DNA from: a virus
Taxonomy: Duplodnaviria > Caudoviricetes
Direction: 5' to 3' (one strand)
DNA: 59,466 nt
Virus record (IMG/VR): IMGVR_UViG_3300046744_000160
Location: 1 to 59,466 of that record
This document shows positions 46,672-57,133 of this stretch, piece by piece; the stretch's first letter is position 1; the number at the start of each line of letters is the position of its first letter. The notes beneath the pieces were generated by a model. The model did no database searches and had not been told where the DNA came from. It saw only the letters and a program-made list of their open reading frames with translations. Position numbers and translations under genes: made by a program.

Positions 46672-48548
46672 TAGCGCCTACCGTCCTGTCTTACGTCGAT
46701 TCGCGGGCTACCAAGCTTCCACCGGGCACCTAATGCTGACGATTCGATCCGCAGTGCAAAAGATCTACCACGAGACCGCAAAAACAATTGGTTTGTAAAC
46801 GTCTCAACAGGTGACGTAGCTGTTCGTATCGTGTCCCCTGATGCGGTGTTATCGAACCCGGCCCCCGGAAAGTTTCTGGACTTTACGGTAAAGGTAGCTT
46901 GTGGGCTACTAAGATTTGTTGATCCGTCAAAGGTAATGTCGGGGATTACACGGTTTATATATGTAAACTTGTCGCCATCACCGATGTCGATAGGCGACGA
47001 TTCGATAAACGAGTTCATCGCTGATCCGTCATCATCGTACCCAAGCTCATGGTTGTATAAGTATTGATTGCCTGCCGCCAATGGGAAGGATCTTACACCA
47101 CGGTCAAGCCACGCGGTGCGGGCAAGATTACCGAAGTACCAGACCTTTTCGGCGTAATTGTATATGACATATCTGTCATTCTCAGAGCTACTAGCACTAG
47201 GATAGTACCATACAACCTCTGAAAATTCAGAGTTGACTCCAGCTACAACCTTGTCTCGCTGACTTTGATTAAAATCAAGGAACACCTTGTCTTTTACAGA
47301 GCAGGGTAGCTGCTGTGTCTGACCAGCATAGATGTAGAAGTTGTCGATACCCATCCAGTAGACAACGTCTTCTGTACCAACAGCAGCGTTTGGCCCAGCT
47401 ATCGTGATGTTAGAAGCAAGCTGCTGGATGCCAAAGGTAAACGGAGGACCGATAAACCGCATAGAACTGAGGGCAGTGTCAGTCCATACCAGTATCTCAC
47501 GCTTTGTTTCAACAGCCTGCACAAAGGTAGATCCAGAGCCAAGTCTGAGATCTCCTGCTGTATTTGTTGCTGCCGGATACCAGATCAGCGGGTTCTCTTG
47601 GTCAGAGAAGCGTATGAGCAGCGGGTCTTGTACACCGTTACCTTGGTTAGCTGTGTTGCTTGCATTCAGAGCATCACAACCAAAAGCAATAACATGCCTA
47701 TCTTGATCAGATACAAGCACCTGCTTTGCGATCTGTGGGACGCTGGTCTTTGTGCCGCTGAGTGTGGACAGTTCAACCGCTCTCGTGGATAGGTTATTAC
47801 TTCTGTCCCAATAGTAAATGTTACTGTCACGAGGGTTGATGAGTAGATCTTCTCCGAAATTATCGTGTGACCACAGTCTGATCTGCGTGGTTGTAACAAG
47901 TCCACTAGAGGCCGCGTCACCCCATCCATCTCTTCCCCATGTTCCTGCACCCCAGCCAGTACCGCCAACCGTGGTATCAAGGCCCACGTTTATTTGATAC
48001 ACGCCAACAGTGTTAGACCCACCGTTACCTGTGTCAGATCCATTGGCTGTAGCAGACGCCGTAATCTTGTAGCTGTTGCCGTTTACAATTTCTGTGATCT
48101 GATGTTCTGTGTTCAGCACAGCCGCAGTGATATTGCCCCCAAGGCTTGCCGCACCAGAGAAAGTAACAAAGTCGTTCTCGACTGCACCGTGACTAGCATC
48201 TGTAACCGTGATCACCGCACTGCCGTTTGTTGCGGCAAAGGTGCAATCACCTGCACTTGTTGTTAGGCGTATAGGTGTGATGTCGTTCAGGCTCTGACCT
48301 TCTTCAATGTAGTATTTGAGGTGGGTGCCGATACCAAGGTAGTTAGAACCATCAAGCGCAATCCAATTGTGCAAAGAACGAGCAGAGCCAAGATAGGTTG
48401 ACGAGGCATACTTCTCCCAACCACCAATCTTTTCAGGATAGCCAAACCGAAAACGGATCTTGTCACAGTCGCGCCAGCCGCCCTCGTTGCTGTACGAGGT
48501 AACTTCCCTGTTTACGCCGGGTCTAAACTGAAGCTTGGTCAAAGGCAT
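46671..48548 (-). CDS. Tail nozzle / DNA-stabilization protein (P22 gp10-like)
   Basis: 625 aa beta-rich; MPL.KL.F.PG...D.D..RFR.G.PEKIGGW N-terminus, DGRR C-terminus. Confidence 0.75.
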   Translation of the reverse strand: MPLTKLQFRPGVNREVTSYSNEGGWRDCDKIRFRFGYPEKIGGWEKYASSTYLGSARSLHNWIALDGSNYLGIGTHLKYYIEEGQSLNDITPIRLTTSAGDCTFAATNGSAVITVTDASHGAVENDFVTFSGAASLGGNITAAVLNTEHQITEIVNGNSYKITASATANGSDTGNGGSNTVGVYQINVGLDTTVGGTGWGAGTWGRDGWGDAASSGLVTTTQIRLWSHDNFGEDLLINPRDSNIYYWDRSNNLSTRAVELSTLSGTKTSVPQIAKQVLVSDQDRHVIAFGCDALNASNTANQGNGVQDPLLIRFSDQENPLIWYPAATNTAGDLRLGSGSTFVQAVETKREILVWTDTALSSMRFIGPPFTFGIQQLASNITIAGPNAAVGTEDVVYWMGIDNFYIYAGQTQQLPCSVKDKVFLDFNQSQRDKVVAGVNSEFSEVVWYYPSASSSENDRYVIYNYAEKVWYFGNLARTAWLDRGVRSFPLAAGNQYLYNHELGYDDDGSAMNSFIESSPIDIGDGDKFTYINRVIPDITFDGSTNLSSPQATFTVKSRNFPGAGFDNTASGDTIRTATSPVETFTNQLFLRSRGRSFALRIESSALGARWKLGSPRIDVRQDGRR

Positions 48549-49414
48549 TAATTGTCCTCCGCCCCATAAAAATTACCAATATTTATTTCGCCACTAGTTG
48601 GTACATTTTGATTTATATTAGATGTCACCTGTTGAGTGCCAGTAATATTGCCTAAGTTTGTTGGACCCCACCCCCACCATCCGGGGTCGTTAAGCCTGTA
48701 CGCAAACAACAGTCTAATAGTACAGCCATTTGATCCAGAAGTCCCTGCAAACTTAAAAGACCCACTGGCAGAGGCGTCTGAAACACTAACTGAAGCGCCC
48801 GAATAACTTGTTGGGGCGGCTGTCGGAGTCATTTGAAATGTTCCATTTTGAAAAGTTGTCACAGGTAGAGAATCACCGCGAGATGTCCAGTTACCAAAGT
48901 TAACATTTTGACCTGTGTAATTTGTTATGGCTATGCCACTGCCACTAGATACATACCAAGTTAATGTATGAGGCTGATATTGTAGCGCGGGGTTGCTTGG
49001 CAACTGATCTTGCCCCCCACTTGCGGTATGAGTTGTGCTTCCAACTGTCAAAGAATAGCTTCCACTAAAACTTCTATAGCCATTGGGGTCTTCGGGTTGA
49101 CTTCCTAATTTACCCCAATTTGACCACACTGAATTAGTAATTGCCCAAGACCAGTTAATAGTTTGATCTACCGTTGCATTTGCAGGAAAAACTATTTGAT
49201 TATAAATACCGCTGCCCCCAGCGGGGCCGCCGTTGCCATCGCCTGTACCGTTTCCTCCACCAGACTGAGATGCCGTAAAAGATTGGGTAACGGTTTTGCT
49301 TGAGGGAACCAAGCTACCATCACGATAAAACTCAGACATGGAGTTAGGCTGTGAGTCACTAAACTCTGTAGCTATTTCACCTAAAGATATGGTCCCAGAG
49401 GATGGCAGTGTCAT
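48548..49414 (-). CDS. Tail-tip / adhesin-like protein
   Basis: 288 aa; LPSSG.ISL..I..EF...S.SEFYR.G N-terminus, VPTSG.I...NFYG C-terminus, Gly/Ser/Trp-rich middle. Confidence 0.6.
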   Translation of the reverse strand: MTLPSSGTISLGEIATEFSDSQPNSMSEFYRDGSLVPSSKTVTQSFTASQSGGGNGTGDGNGGPAGGSGIYNQIVFPANATVDQTINWSWAITNSVWSNWGKLGSQPEDPNGYRSFSGSYSLTVGSTTHTASGGQDQLPSNPALQYQPHTLTWYVSSGSGIAITNYTGQNVNFGNWTSRGDSLPVTTFQNGTFQMTPTAAPTSYSGASVSVSDASASGSFKFAGTSGSNGCTIRLLFAYRLNDPGWWGWGPTNLGNITGTQQVTSNINQNVPTSGEINIGNFYGAEDN

Positions 49415-50319
49415 TAGATTGATCCATATGCAGTGACGTTTCCAACAACGGTTAAGTTACCGCTGGTGTCTAGTTTTGCCTTTGCTGTTCCAGCGTAAGA
49501 TATAATTAAATTGTTAGAGGAAACCGTGAATGTCCAATCATTTGAAGAGTTATCCAAAGTAAAACTATCACCTTGCACGGTGCCTGTTACATCAACACCT
49601 GCTGATGTAGTTTCAATTTTAACTCCATTATCGTGGTATAAACTAACTGCGCCATCATCAGCAAAATGTGCAAGTGTTTCTCCCGTTCCTTCGATATAAA
49701 CATTAGAACCAGTTATCCTTAAAGCACCAGTTCCCGATTCTGTTATACGCGAGTCAGAGCCATCATGGTATATGGACATATCTGTCCCTGCGCCAAAATT
49801 TAATCGGTCATCAGAAGCGCCGCTGCTGTCGTTAAAATTAATATTTTTGCCGTTAACATCAAGATTGCCACCTAACTGCGGAGAGGTATCTGAAACAAGA
49901 TCGGGAATAAAGCTGGCTTTTTGCACTTGAGCGCCACTACCCGCGCCGTTTGCAAAAATCCATGCTGTCTCACCATTGATAATAGTGACATTACCGCCGC
50001 TGCCTTGTGTAAATATTGCCGACTGACCTGAGTCATTCTTAACAAGATACATCTTGTCCTGATCATTAGGACTAATCGTTACAGTATTTGTCCCGGATGG
50101 AGAGCCTCCCAAGAGCAAAACTTTATAATGCCCATCTGAAAGTGACCCATCGGAGGTTGTTAACGTATGCGTTGTTCCAGATAGAGTTATAGAGCCAACG
50201 CCACTTAACACACGATCAATAATGTCAAAGTTTGTATTAGTGGTATCGCCCCATGTACCCGACTGTTCACCGGAGCCGGGTTTTTCTATGCCACTGTTTG
50301 CTGTATATGTACTAGCCAT
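49414..50319 (-). CDS. Tail/fibre structural protein (MASTYT family)
   Basis: 301 aa; GEQSGTWG..TNTN and DTSPQLGGNLD motifs. Confidence 0.7.
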   Translation of the reverse strand: MASTYTANSGIEKPGSGEQSGTWGDTTNTNFDIIDRVLSGVGSITLSGTTHTLTTSDGSLSDGHYKVLLLGGSPSGTNTVTISPNDQDKMYLVKNDSGQSAIFTQGSGGNVTIINGETAWIFANGAGSGAQVQKASFIPDLVSDTSPQLGGNLDVNGKNINFNDSSGASDDRLNFGAGTDMSIYHDGSDSRITESGTGALRITGSNVYIEGTGETLAHFADDGAVSLYHDNGVKIETTSAGVDVTGTVQGDSFTLDNSSNDWTFTVSSNNLIISYAGTAKAKLDTSGNLTVVGNVTAYGSI

Positions 50320-51093
50320 TTAGACCACCTCTTCCGTCCACTGGTTGATTGTACCACCAGCATTGATTTCTGTCCATGAATCGCCCGTGTGAGTTATAGC
50401 AGACCAGTTAGGTGTGCCGCCAGGATCAATCGGCACCCACAACAAGCCCCCGTCTACTGTCATTACAAACAAGAACGTCATGCTGCTTTCGCCGGAAGCG
50501 ATTAAGTTAGGTATAGTGGTTTGCGTAAATGACGTAACAAGCTCTGCCACAGACGTTTTTATTAATGTGGGAGTAATGTCTTGTGAGAATACAAACTCTA
50601 TACCAGACGAACCAGATGCCACAAGATTGCCATCACTGGTTTGCGTAAAGCTAAATATAATGTCTGAAGTTGCTACTTTAACAGTGTTGGCGGAGGCAGA
50701 CTGAACAAACAAGAAGTCGGCTTCAGCAACAGCACTAGCTATCCGGGTAGCTGTAGAAGTCTGCGTGAAGTTAGCGTCCATAGACGCATCAGCTTCTTTG
50801 ACTCTGTTGGCTGTAGTGGTTTGCGTAAAATTGAAATCAACCTCTGCTACACCACTAGCAACAAGTGATGCAGTTGAGGTTTGAGTAAAGTTAGCATCTA
50901 TCGTTAGCTCACCACTTAGAATGCCAACACCAACATGTACTTTACTAAAGGTGCCTATCATGTGATCCACACCTGAAAGCACACCTATGCCTACAGAGGT
51001 TTGAGTAAAGTTGGCGTCCATAGTCTGAACGCCCTCTCTAATAATCCCCTGCCCAGCAAAAGGTATCTCAGCAAATGTAGCTTCGGCAAACAT
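50320..51093 (-). CDS. Virion protein with ~22-aa xDxxFTQTS repeats
   Basis: 257 aa; DANFTQTS and variants recur about nine times. Confidence 0.7.
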   Translation of the reverse strand: MFAEATFAEIPFAGQGIIREGVQTMDANFTQTSVGIGVLSGVDHMIGTFSKVHVGVGILSGELTIDANFTQTSTASLVASGVAEVDFNFTQTTTANRVKEADASMDANFTQTSTATRIASAVAEADFLFVQSASANTVKVATSDIIFSFTQTSDGNLVASGSSGIEFVFSQDITPTLIKTSVAELVTSFTQTTIPNLIASGESSMTFLFVMTVDGGLLWVPIDPGGTPNWSAITHTGDSWTEINAGGTINQWTEEVV

Positions 51094-51338
51094 TAGCTTG
51101 CTGTGTACCCTTTGCCAGCCGTGATAGCAGCATTAACCGCTGTCATATTCTCATCTGTCCAGTAGTCTTTAGCTACCATCAGTTCCAGATGCTCAACATT
51201 GCGGTCTACACAACCCTGACGCTCTTCTGCTTCTTCATCTGCCATTGCATCACCTGCAATCACGTCTGTGATGAGTTGCACGGAATGACCCATAGCGGTG
51301 TAGTTCTGTGCAATTTGTTCTGTTGTAATTTCGTCCAT
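51093..51338 (-). CDS. Small acidic protein, putative tail-fibre chaperone
   Basis: Start ATG 51338 (AGGAG); RNVEHLE.M...D.W motif; follows a fibre gene. Confidence 0.65.
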   Translation of the reverse strand: MDEITTEQIAQNYTAMGHSVQLITDVIAGDAMADEEAEERQGCVDRNVEHLELMVAKDYWTDENMTAVNAAITAGKGYTAS

Positions 51339-51349
51339 TTTATTCTCCT

Positions 51350-53623
51350 TTAACAAGCCATCAACACACAAGGCACACAGTATGACCCATCGTCATAGGT
51401 GTGCGATACATTGGTTGATGTTACTTTTGCGATTGTTTTGCTGCGAACAATGTCGTCACCTTGCGGCTTTGCCGTGCCATCGCCAGCACTCATTAGCAAG
51501 TCACCCCGTGCGACAGTTGTGCCTTGTGCAATGCGGATAATCATGTCGCCTGTCATTGCGACATTCATGTCGGCGGTGTAGTCCTCGTCATCATTATCCC
51601 AGTTGACGAACACGCCAGCAACATTTGGGTCACCTTCAACTGAAGACACAGCCATACAGTTAAGCTGTTCGTTATCTTCTGTCACGCCATCCTTAGTCCA
51701 CTCAGCCATCTGGTCTAAGTTAGTCATCACGGTGCCTTTGAGCAGGCCGTTAATACGGTTGCCGTCTGTAGCTTGTGACCAGCGAGATAGGTGTCCACCG
51801 TTGTATGACACGGTAGTGCCAGATACTGAAATGCTACCTTCAGCAGCGCCAGCCTGATAAAAAGTTATTAAATCACCGTCAGAGGCGTTTCTATCTAAAT
51901 ATAATAAATTTGCACCGCCTGTAATGCCAATATATCCAGCGCCACTGCCAGTATGTCCGTCAAGTACAATACCATTTCTTCCACTTACAGAACCCGTATT
52001 TGGGAAAAAAGTATTTTGACCACTATGTGAAATTCTCCAGCGTTCACTATCAGACCACATACGAATATTGCCAGCGCCATCTGACAGCACGACTCTGTTG
52101 CTGGCTGTGCGGATGTCTAGACCATCCTGATTGCCGTTATAGCGGCCAAGAATTGTGTTATTAGAGCCTGTGGTGATATTGTCGCCAGAGCCTTGCCCAA
52201 AGAAACTATTTAATGCCCCAGTAGTTATGGATGCACCAGCAGCATGACCAAAAAATGCGTTTTGATACCCTGTAGTATTGGCAGTTCCAGCCTGATACCC
52301 AAACGCGGAATTGGTTGTACCAGTAGTGTTCGCGTCTAGTGCCGCATAACCAACAGCAGTATTTGAATGACCACTGGTATTTGCATCCATCGCTGCATAA
52401 CCAACAGCCGTGTTGGCGTTTGCTGTCGTATTGTTCTGCAAACTAGCCCTGCCTACAGCAACATTCTCTTCTCCTGTAGTATTCGCGGTCATAGAGTTTT
52501 GACCGATTGCGGTGTTAAGAGCGCCAGTGGTGTTTGCGTTCAAAGCAGACGTGCCGACAGCAGTGTTGTTACTTGCGGTAGTATTGTTTCGTAACGCTCC
52601 TGCACCCACAGCAACACTGTTGCTTCCCGTGGTGTTCGCTTTCAAGGCATTTTTACCTAAAGCGGCGTGTTGCTCACCAGTGGTGTTTACGTTCAAAGCC
52701 TCACCACCAACCGCAGTATTAGATGCGCCAGTAGTGTTTGCAATAAGTGCAGATGCTCCAACAGCAGTGTTGTTACTTGCGGTTGTATTTGCAGCGAGTG
52801 AGTCTTTGCCGACAGATGTATTATTTAACCCAGTGGTATTTGCGTAAAGTGCGCTTTTACCTAACGCCGTTAAATTTGCACCAGTAGTGTTTGTTGCTGA
52901 TGAATTATGTCCGACAGATACGTTGCTTGCGCCAGTGGTGTTTGCGACTAGAGAGGCATAGCCTACTGCCGTATTGTTTGATGCGGTAGTATTAGATGTT
53001 AAAGCATCACTGCCGATAGCAACATTATAGTTGCCAGTAGTCGTCTGTCCAAGTGCATGTGAGCCGACAGCAACATTGATGCCGCCTGTGGTTATTGCGT
53101 CTGCTGCGTTTTGTCCTACAGCCGTATTCTGTTGGCCTGTGGTGTTTGCGGCAAGTGTCTGATAACCTATAGCAACACAATTTGATGCTGTGGTATTTGC
53201 AAACAATGCGCTATCACCTACCGCCGTATTGTTCGCGCCCGTGGTGTTAGTATACAAAGCAACCGTTCCAATCGCCGTGTTGTTTGCACCTGATGAAGTG
53301 TTGTATCCTGCACTAGAACCTACTGCTACGTTGCGTGTACCAGAAGTGTTAGTCTCTAGTGTTTGGTTGCCGACAGCGGTGTTACTTGCGCCAGTGTTAT
53401 TGGTTAGTGAGTTTGTACCGATAGCTGTGTTGTAGTTGCCAGTAGAGGCATCCAATGCAGTGTTACCCAGCGCTACGTTGTTTGTGCCTGTCGGGTAGTT
53501 ACCGTCCAGCTTAATCGTGCCGCTATCCTGCGAGATGTTACCGCCAATAGTTATATTGTCTACAGTAACGGTGCCACTGAAGTCCTTATCGGCTGCATCT
53601 GCTAAGTCTCTTGCTCTAGTCAT
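51350..53623 (-). CDS. Tail fibre with long YadA/Hep-Hag-like beta-helical repeats
   Basis: 757 aa; about 30 copies of a 14-aa NTTGxxNTAVGxxAL unit. Confidence 0.88.
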   Translation of the reverse strand: MTRARDLADAADKDFSGTVTVDNITIGGNISQDSGTIKLDGNYPTGTNNVALGNTALDASTGNYNTAIGTNSLTNNTGASNTAVGNQTLETNTSGTRNVAVGSSAGYNTSSGANNTAIGTVALYTNTTGANNTAVGDSALFANTTASNCVAIGYQTLAANTTGQQNTAVGQNAADAITTGGINVAVGSHALGQTTTGNYNVAIGSDALTSNTTASNNTAVGYASLVANTTGASNVSVGHNSSATNTTGANLTALGKSALYANTTGLNNTSVGKDSLAANTTASNNTAVGASALIANTTGASNTAVGGEALNVNTTGEQHAALGKNALKANTTGSNSVAVGAGALRNNTTASNNTAVGTSALNANTTGALNTAIGQNSMTANTTGEENVAVGRASLQNNTTANANTAVGYAAMDANTSGHSNTAVGYAALDANTTGTTNSAFGYQAGTANTTGYQNAFFGHAAGASITTGALNSFFGQGSGDNITTGSNNTILGRYNGNQDGLDIRTASNRVVLSDGAGNIRMWSDSERWRISHSGQNTFFPNTGSVSGRNGIVLDGHTGSGAGYIGITGGANLLYLDRNASDGDLITFYQAGAAEGSISVSGTTVSYNGGHLSRWSQATDGNRINGLLKGTVMTNLDQMAEWTKDGVTEDNEQLNCMAVSSVEGDPNVAGVFVNWDNDDEDYTADMNVAMTGDMIIRIAQGTTVARGDLLMSAGDGTAKPQGDDIVRSKTIAKVTSTNVSHTYDDGSYCVPCVLMAC

Positions 53624-55785
53624 TCTCCGGCCTCCAATGCCGCAAGGCGTGTCTCAATATCTGTCAGACGTTGCTCTGTGGCTGCTCCGATAAACGCCAA
53701 CAATTCAGGATAACGGATGCCCATACGGGTGCGCTGCGTTGCGCCATCTGGTGCTTCATCTGCTGTATGGTATGTGTCGATGCGGGTGTAAGCATCTTTG
53801 GCCTCGACAGCTTCAGTGATTACGTTACCGTCCTCGTCAAGCACCTCGTCAACAGCCTCGACAGCAGGAACATCTGTGCTGGTTTCCCACCAAGTATCAG
53901 AACACCAGAACGCATAGTTTGCTGCGTCAAGGCCAGCGTCAGACATAGCAGCTTGCACTTCCTGTGCAATTACACCTGTATGGATACGGGCTGTGTCACC
54001 TTTAGATGCGGCAGCATCCTTCCATTTGTATGTCTTAAATAGTGCGCTGATGGCTTTTGCGGCATTTATCTCTGTGCTTGTCAGGCTGGCAATATTCTGC
54101 TTTTCGTTTTCGTCAGATGTTTGAATTGTGCCATTTGAGGCAAAAATGTCTTGGAATCGGCGGCTACCTATCCCTAAATCAATGTGATTGTCGATAGTGT
54201 CAAAAGTATCAAAAGAGAATGGGGTTATTGTGTTATTTGTAGCGTCAAAAAACAAACCTACATCACTTTGACCGACACACAGCCTATCGCTAAGTACACC
54301 TATGGAACCACCAGTGCTGCCATCAGTGGCAAAAGACATAATCGTACCGTCACTGGTTTTACGATTAAGAGTGACACATGAATTACCGTCATTCGTTACA
54401 CTTAAATGTCCACCGCCTGTTGCTGAACCTGCGGCTGATATGCCGTTGTTTGCGATACTGTCGGCAGTCTTGCCAATCAGCAGGTTGTTGCTGTTGTTAA
54501 CGTGCATTGCAACAGCGTCATCTGTCACGTTATAAATACTCAGGCCTGAGTTAGCCACGCCCGGATTTGCAGGGGTGATTTCCCAAACTTTACTGTTTGC
54601 TGTATTTTCCAAACGCAGCGTGGCCGCATCGCTTGCAGCATACAGGTGCATTAATTTGCCCGGCGATGAAGTGCCAATGCCGACATTGCCGCCCGATGCA
54701 ATGTGCAAACGGGTCGCAAAGCCGCTGCCAGAAACAAAATTCACACCGCCGTTTCCACCATACAGCGCAGTTCCGCCCGACTGAACCTTACAAAAGGCTT
54801 GAGTGTCATCGTTCTGGACTTGTAGTCCGATGTCTGCGTCCGCTGTGGTTTTTATATGGAGTGCATCGCTTGGTGCCGTAGTGCCGATGCCGACATCGCC
54901 ATCTTGGGTTATTCTGACCCTCTCTACTGCACCATCTGAGCCGTCTGTATTGGTTTCAAACACCAGCGCGGTGTCGTTGCCACCAACACGGTCAGCAACA
55001 ATCGCAGCCACCTCACGATCTGAACCAGCATCAGTTGTGCGCTTGAACTGAATACGACTTTCATCGCCACTAGTGTTTGAGGCGTGACTAATTGTAAGGG
55101 CGTTAAAACCACCAGATGATGAGGAAGAACTTTTTAAGTTGGAACTTGTTGAAAGCACACCATCAACTTGTAGTGTAGATGACATGTCCACAGGCCCATT
55201 TATATCTACAAATCCGTCATCTCTAACCGAAAATTTACTGGCTAGGCTTGAATTATAAAGCTGTAGGATTGTACTGCTAGAACCGTCTGTTGCGCCAGCC
55301 ACCGTCAACGCACGAGTTGATGCGACAGCATTTACACCTATAGAAGCGTGTCCTACAATAGAGGCTGTACTAGAGGCAGATACTGTAGTGAACGCACCTG
55401 TACTCGCGCTAGACGCACCAATGGCAGTCCCATCTATAGCACCACCGTCAATGTCTACAGTGCCAGTAACGCTTAGATTACCGCCTATGCTGAAGTCGCT
55501 GTTCACATTACCGCTGAACACACTAAAGACATCGTAGACCACGATCTCGACAACATCATTTGCAGTCAATGCCGACAAGCCAGCAATGGTGTTCGCTGTG
55601 CTTGTGTTGTAGTCGGTGCCAGCTACTAGGGTTACACCATTCAGGTTTACATCAACATAGTTGCCGTCAGTGAATGTCAGGGTGCCACCTGTCAGCGCAC
55701 CACTAACGGATGTCTCGCCCCCGGATGCAGTGAAGTAGTAACGATTTCTAACACCCTGTGATGGTGATCTGCCCAAGTACGCCAT
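53620..55785 (-). CDS. Tail fibre with C-terminal intramolecular chaperone (peptidase S74)
   Basis: 721 aa; GNVGIGT repeats; TSDENEKQNI...H.GVIAQEV...G.RY.EL. Confidence 0.88.
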   Translation of the reverse strand: MAYLGRSPSQGVRNRYYFTASGGETSVSGALTGGTLTFTDGNYVDVNLNGVTLVAGTDYNTSTANTIAGLSALTANDVVEIVVYDVFSVFSGNVNSDFSIGGNLSVTGTVDIDGGAIDGTAIGASSASTGAFTTVSASSTASIVGHASIGVNAVASTRALTVAGATDGSSSTILQLYNSSLASKFSVRDDGFVDINGPVDMSSTLQVDGVLSTSSNLKSSSSSSGGFNALTISHASNTSGDESRIQFKRTTDAGSDREVAAIVADRVGGNDTALVFETNTDGSDGAVERVRITQDGDVGIGTTAPSDALHIKTTADADIGLQVQNDDTQAFCKVQSGGTALYGGNGGVNFVSGSGFATRLHIASGGNVGIGTSSPGKLMHLYAASDAATLRLENTANSKVWEITPANPGVANSGLSIYNVTDDAVAMHVNNSNNLLIGKTADSIANNGISAAGSATGGGHLSVTNDGNSCVTLNRKTSDGTIMSFATDGSTGGSIGVLSDRLCVGQSDVGLFFDATNNTITPFSFDTFDTIDNHIDLGIGSRRFQDIFASNGTIQTSDENEKQNIASLTSTEINAAKAISALFKTYKWKDAAASKGDTARIHTGVIAQEVQAAMSDAGLDAANYAFWCSDTWWETSTDVPAVEAVDEVLDEDGNVITEAVEAKDAYTRIDTYHTADEAPDGATQRTRMGIRYPELLAFIGAATEQRLTDIETRLAALEAGE

Positions 55786-55786
55786 A

Positions 55787-55999
55787 CTAGGCTACCTCTT
55801 CTTCGTCCTTGCTCTGAACTGATTCAATCAGCTTGTCAGTAAAAACATTCTGTGCAGCCTGAACCTGATCCAAATCAAATCGAATGTTCGCCGCTTTGTT
55901 TTGGCAAGACCGGATTTGCATAATGAGGTAGTTCTGCTCCTCATTAAGATCCTCTGTCTTGTATTCCTTGCCGTTGATCGTAACTACGTTATCGCTCAT
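55787..55999 (-). CDS. Small coiled-coil tail-associated protein
   Basis: 70 aa; TINGKEY..EDL motif. Confidence 0.7.
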   Translation of the reverse strand: MSDNVVTINGKEYKTEDLNEEQNYLIMQIRSCQNKAANIRFDLDQVQAAQNVFTDKLIESVQSKDEEEVA

Positions 56000-56000
56000 C

Positions 56001-56348
56001 TTACCACCCTGATGGAGTTCCAGTTAAAATCGAAGGACTGGCTTTCTCTGCAATGTCGGCATCTAATGCTGCCTTGACTTCATCTTCAGTCTGGCCCATG
56101 TCAGCCAAAACTTTGGCTTTGCACCAGTCCTTGGTTAAATCATTATATGCCACAAACTCTGCGCCGTCTTCCATCTCTACGCCAGTTGTGCCGTATTTAG
56201 TTGCGGAAAGGGCGTTGCCGTCAGCGTCTGTTTCGCTGTCGGAGGTCGCTGTTACACGCCAGTGAATTGTTTTTACAACGTCAGAGTTGTCCCCTTCAGT
56301 TGCTACGCGGTCAAGTTGTGGGTATGTCCACTCGTATGAATTAGCCAT
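56001..56348 (-). CDS. Acidic tail-associated protein
   Basis: 115 aa; VV..IHW...F..Y.DLT...W pattern; GGAG RBS. Confidence 0.7.
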   Translation of the reverse strand: MANSYEWTYPQLDRVATEGDNSDVVKTIHWRVTATSDSETDADGNALSATKYGTTGVEMEDGAEFVAYNDLTKDWCKAKVLADMGQTEDEVKAALDADIAEKASPSILTGTPSGW

Positions 56349-56357
56349 TGTCTACTC

Positions 56358-56708
56358 CTAGTAAGGGCTATCGCCGCAGCATGAAGGCCAAGCTGCTTTG
56401 AGTTCAGTGATTGTGGTTGCGCTATTGCCAGCCGTAGGCGCATCACGCAGCGCCTGTTTGTCAGCAACGATTGCAGCGGTATCTGTGCTTGCTTCCAGTG
56501 CCTTCATGTAGTCAGTATCCAAAGCCTCAAGCAGCGGCTTACGGGCTTCGCGTATCTTGTCGGCAAAGATTGCTTTGGCTGTTGCCAAGTCCTCTGTGAT
56601 GACCGTGCCGTCCAATGCCCAAGCATTACGGAAATGTCTGTCGCTTGGTACTGTGGCTGATGTGGCAGCAATCTCATTGCCGTCTTTGTCTGCTATGATT
56701 GTTGTCAT
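56358..56708 (-). CDS. Tail-fibre assembly chaperone-like protein
   Basis: Start ATG 56708; R..R..LL..LD...KQALRD.P...L...WP pattern of fibre assembly proteins. Confidence 0.7.
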   Translation of the reverse strand: MTTIIADKDGNEIAATSATVPSDRHFRNAWALDGTVITEDLATAKAIFADKIREARKPLLEALDTDYMKALEASTDTAAIVADKQALRDAPTAGNSATTITELKAAWPSCCGDSPY

Positions 56709-57133
56709 GCCGCTATTCTCCACGCATTTCTAAACTCTCTGTCTGGCTGCTGTTCACGCCTAATGATTTTAAGATGAACACTGTTGCTGGTTTCGTAGTT
56801 GCGCCAGATGTGTTGTGGCACGTCCTTCATAATGAGATACAACAAGGCTTCTTCTTCTGTTTTCGGACCTTCTCTTGGTGTGTCGTGCAGCAAGTAGCCT
56901 CTGCCTTCACTGTGCCGTGTAAAGTCTGGCTTTGCTTCGTCTTTTTTCAGTTCCCAATAAACCCACACGGGCGGGAAAACATCACCGTGCATCAGTGCAG
57001 TCATTGCTTCTGGACTGGGGTGGTAAACAGCACAACAGTCCATATCTATATCTTCATACACCACACAATACTCAGTCTTGAAAAAAGGCCGTAATTCTTT
57101 TCTGACTTTTCTCAGTCTATCAAGCATTTGCAT
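56705..57133 (-). CDS. Tail-fibre accessory protein
   Basis: 142 aa; VVYED, PPV, TEEEA..YLI.KD.P, FRNAW motifs; coupled to neighbours. Confidence 0.65.
   Translation of the reverse strand: MQMLDRLRKVRKELRPFFKTEYCVVYEDIDMDCCAVYHPSPEAMTALMHGDVFPPVWVYWELKKDEAKPDFTRHSEGRGYLLHDTPREGPKTEEEALLYLIMKDVPQHIWRNYETSNSVHLKIIRREQQPDREFRNAWRIAA

Noticed and set aside
52100-53500. CRISPR array or DGR template in the 42-bp periodic repeats
   Set aside because: The repeats are degenerate coding repeats of a 14-aa fibre unit; no spacers, cas genes or reverse transcriptase seen
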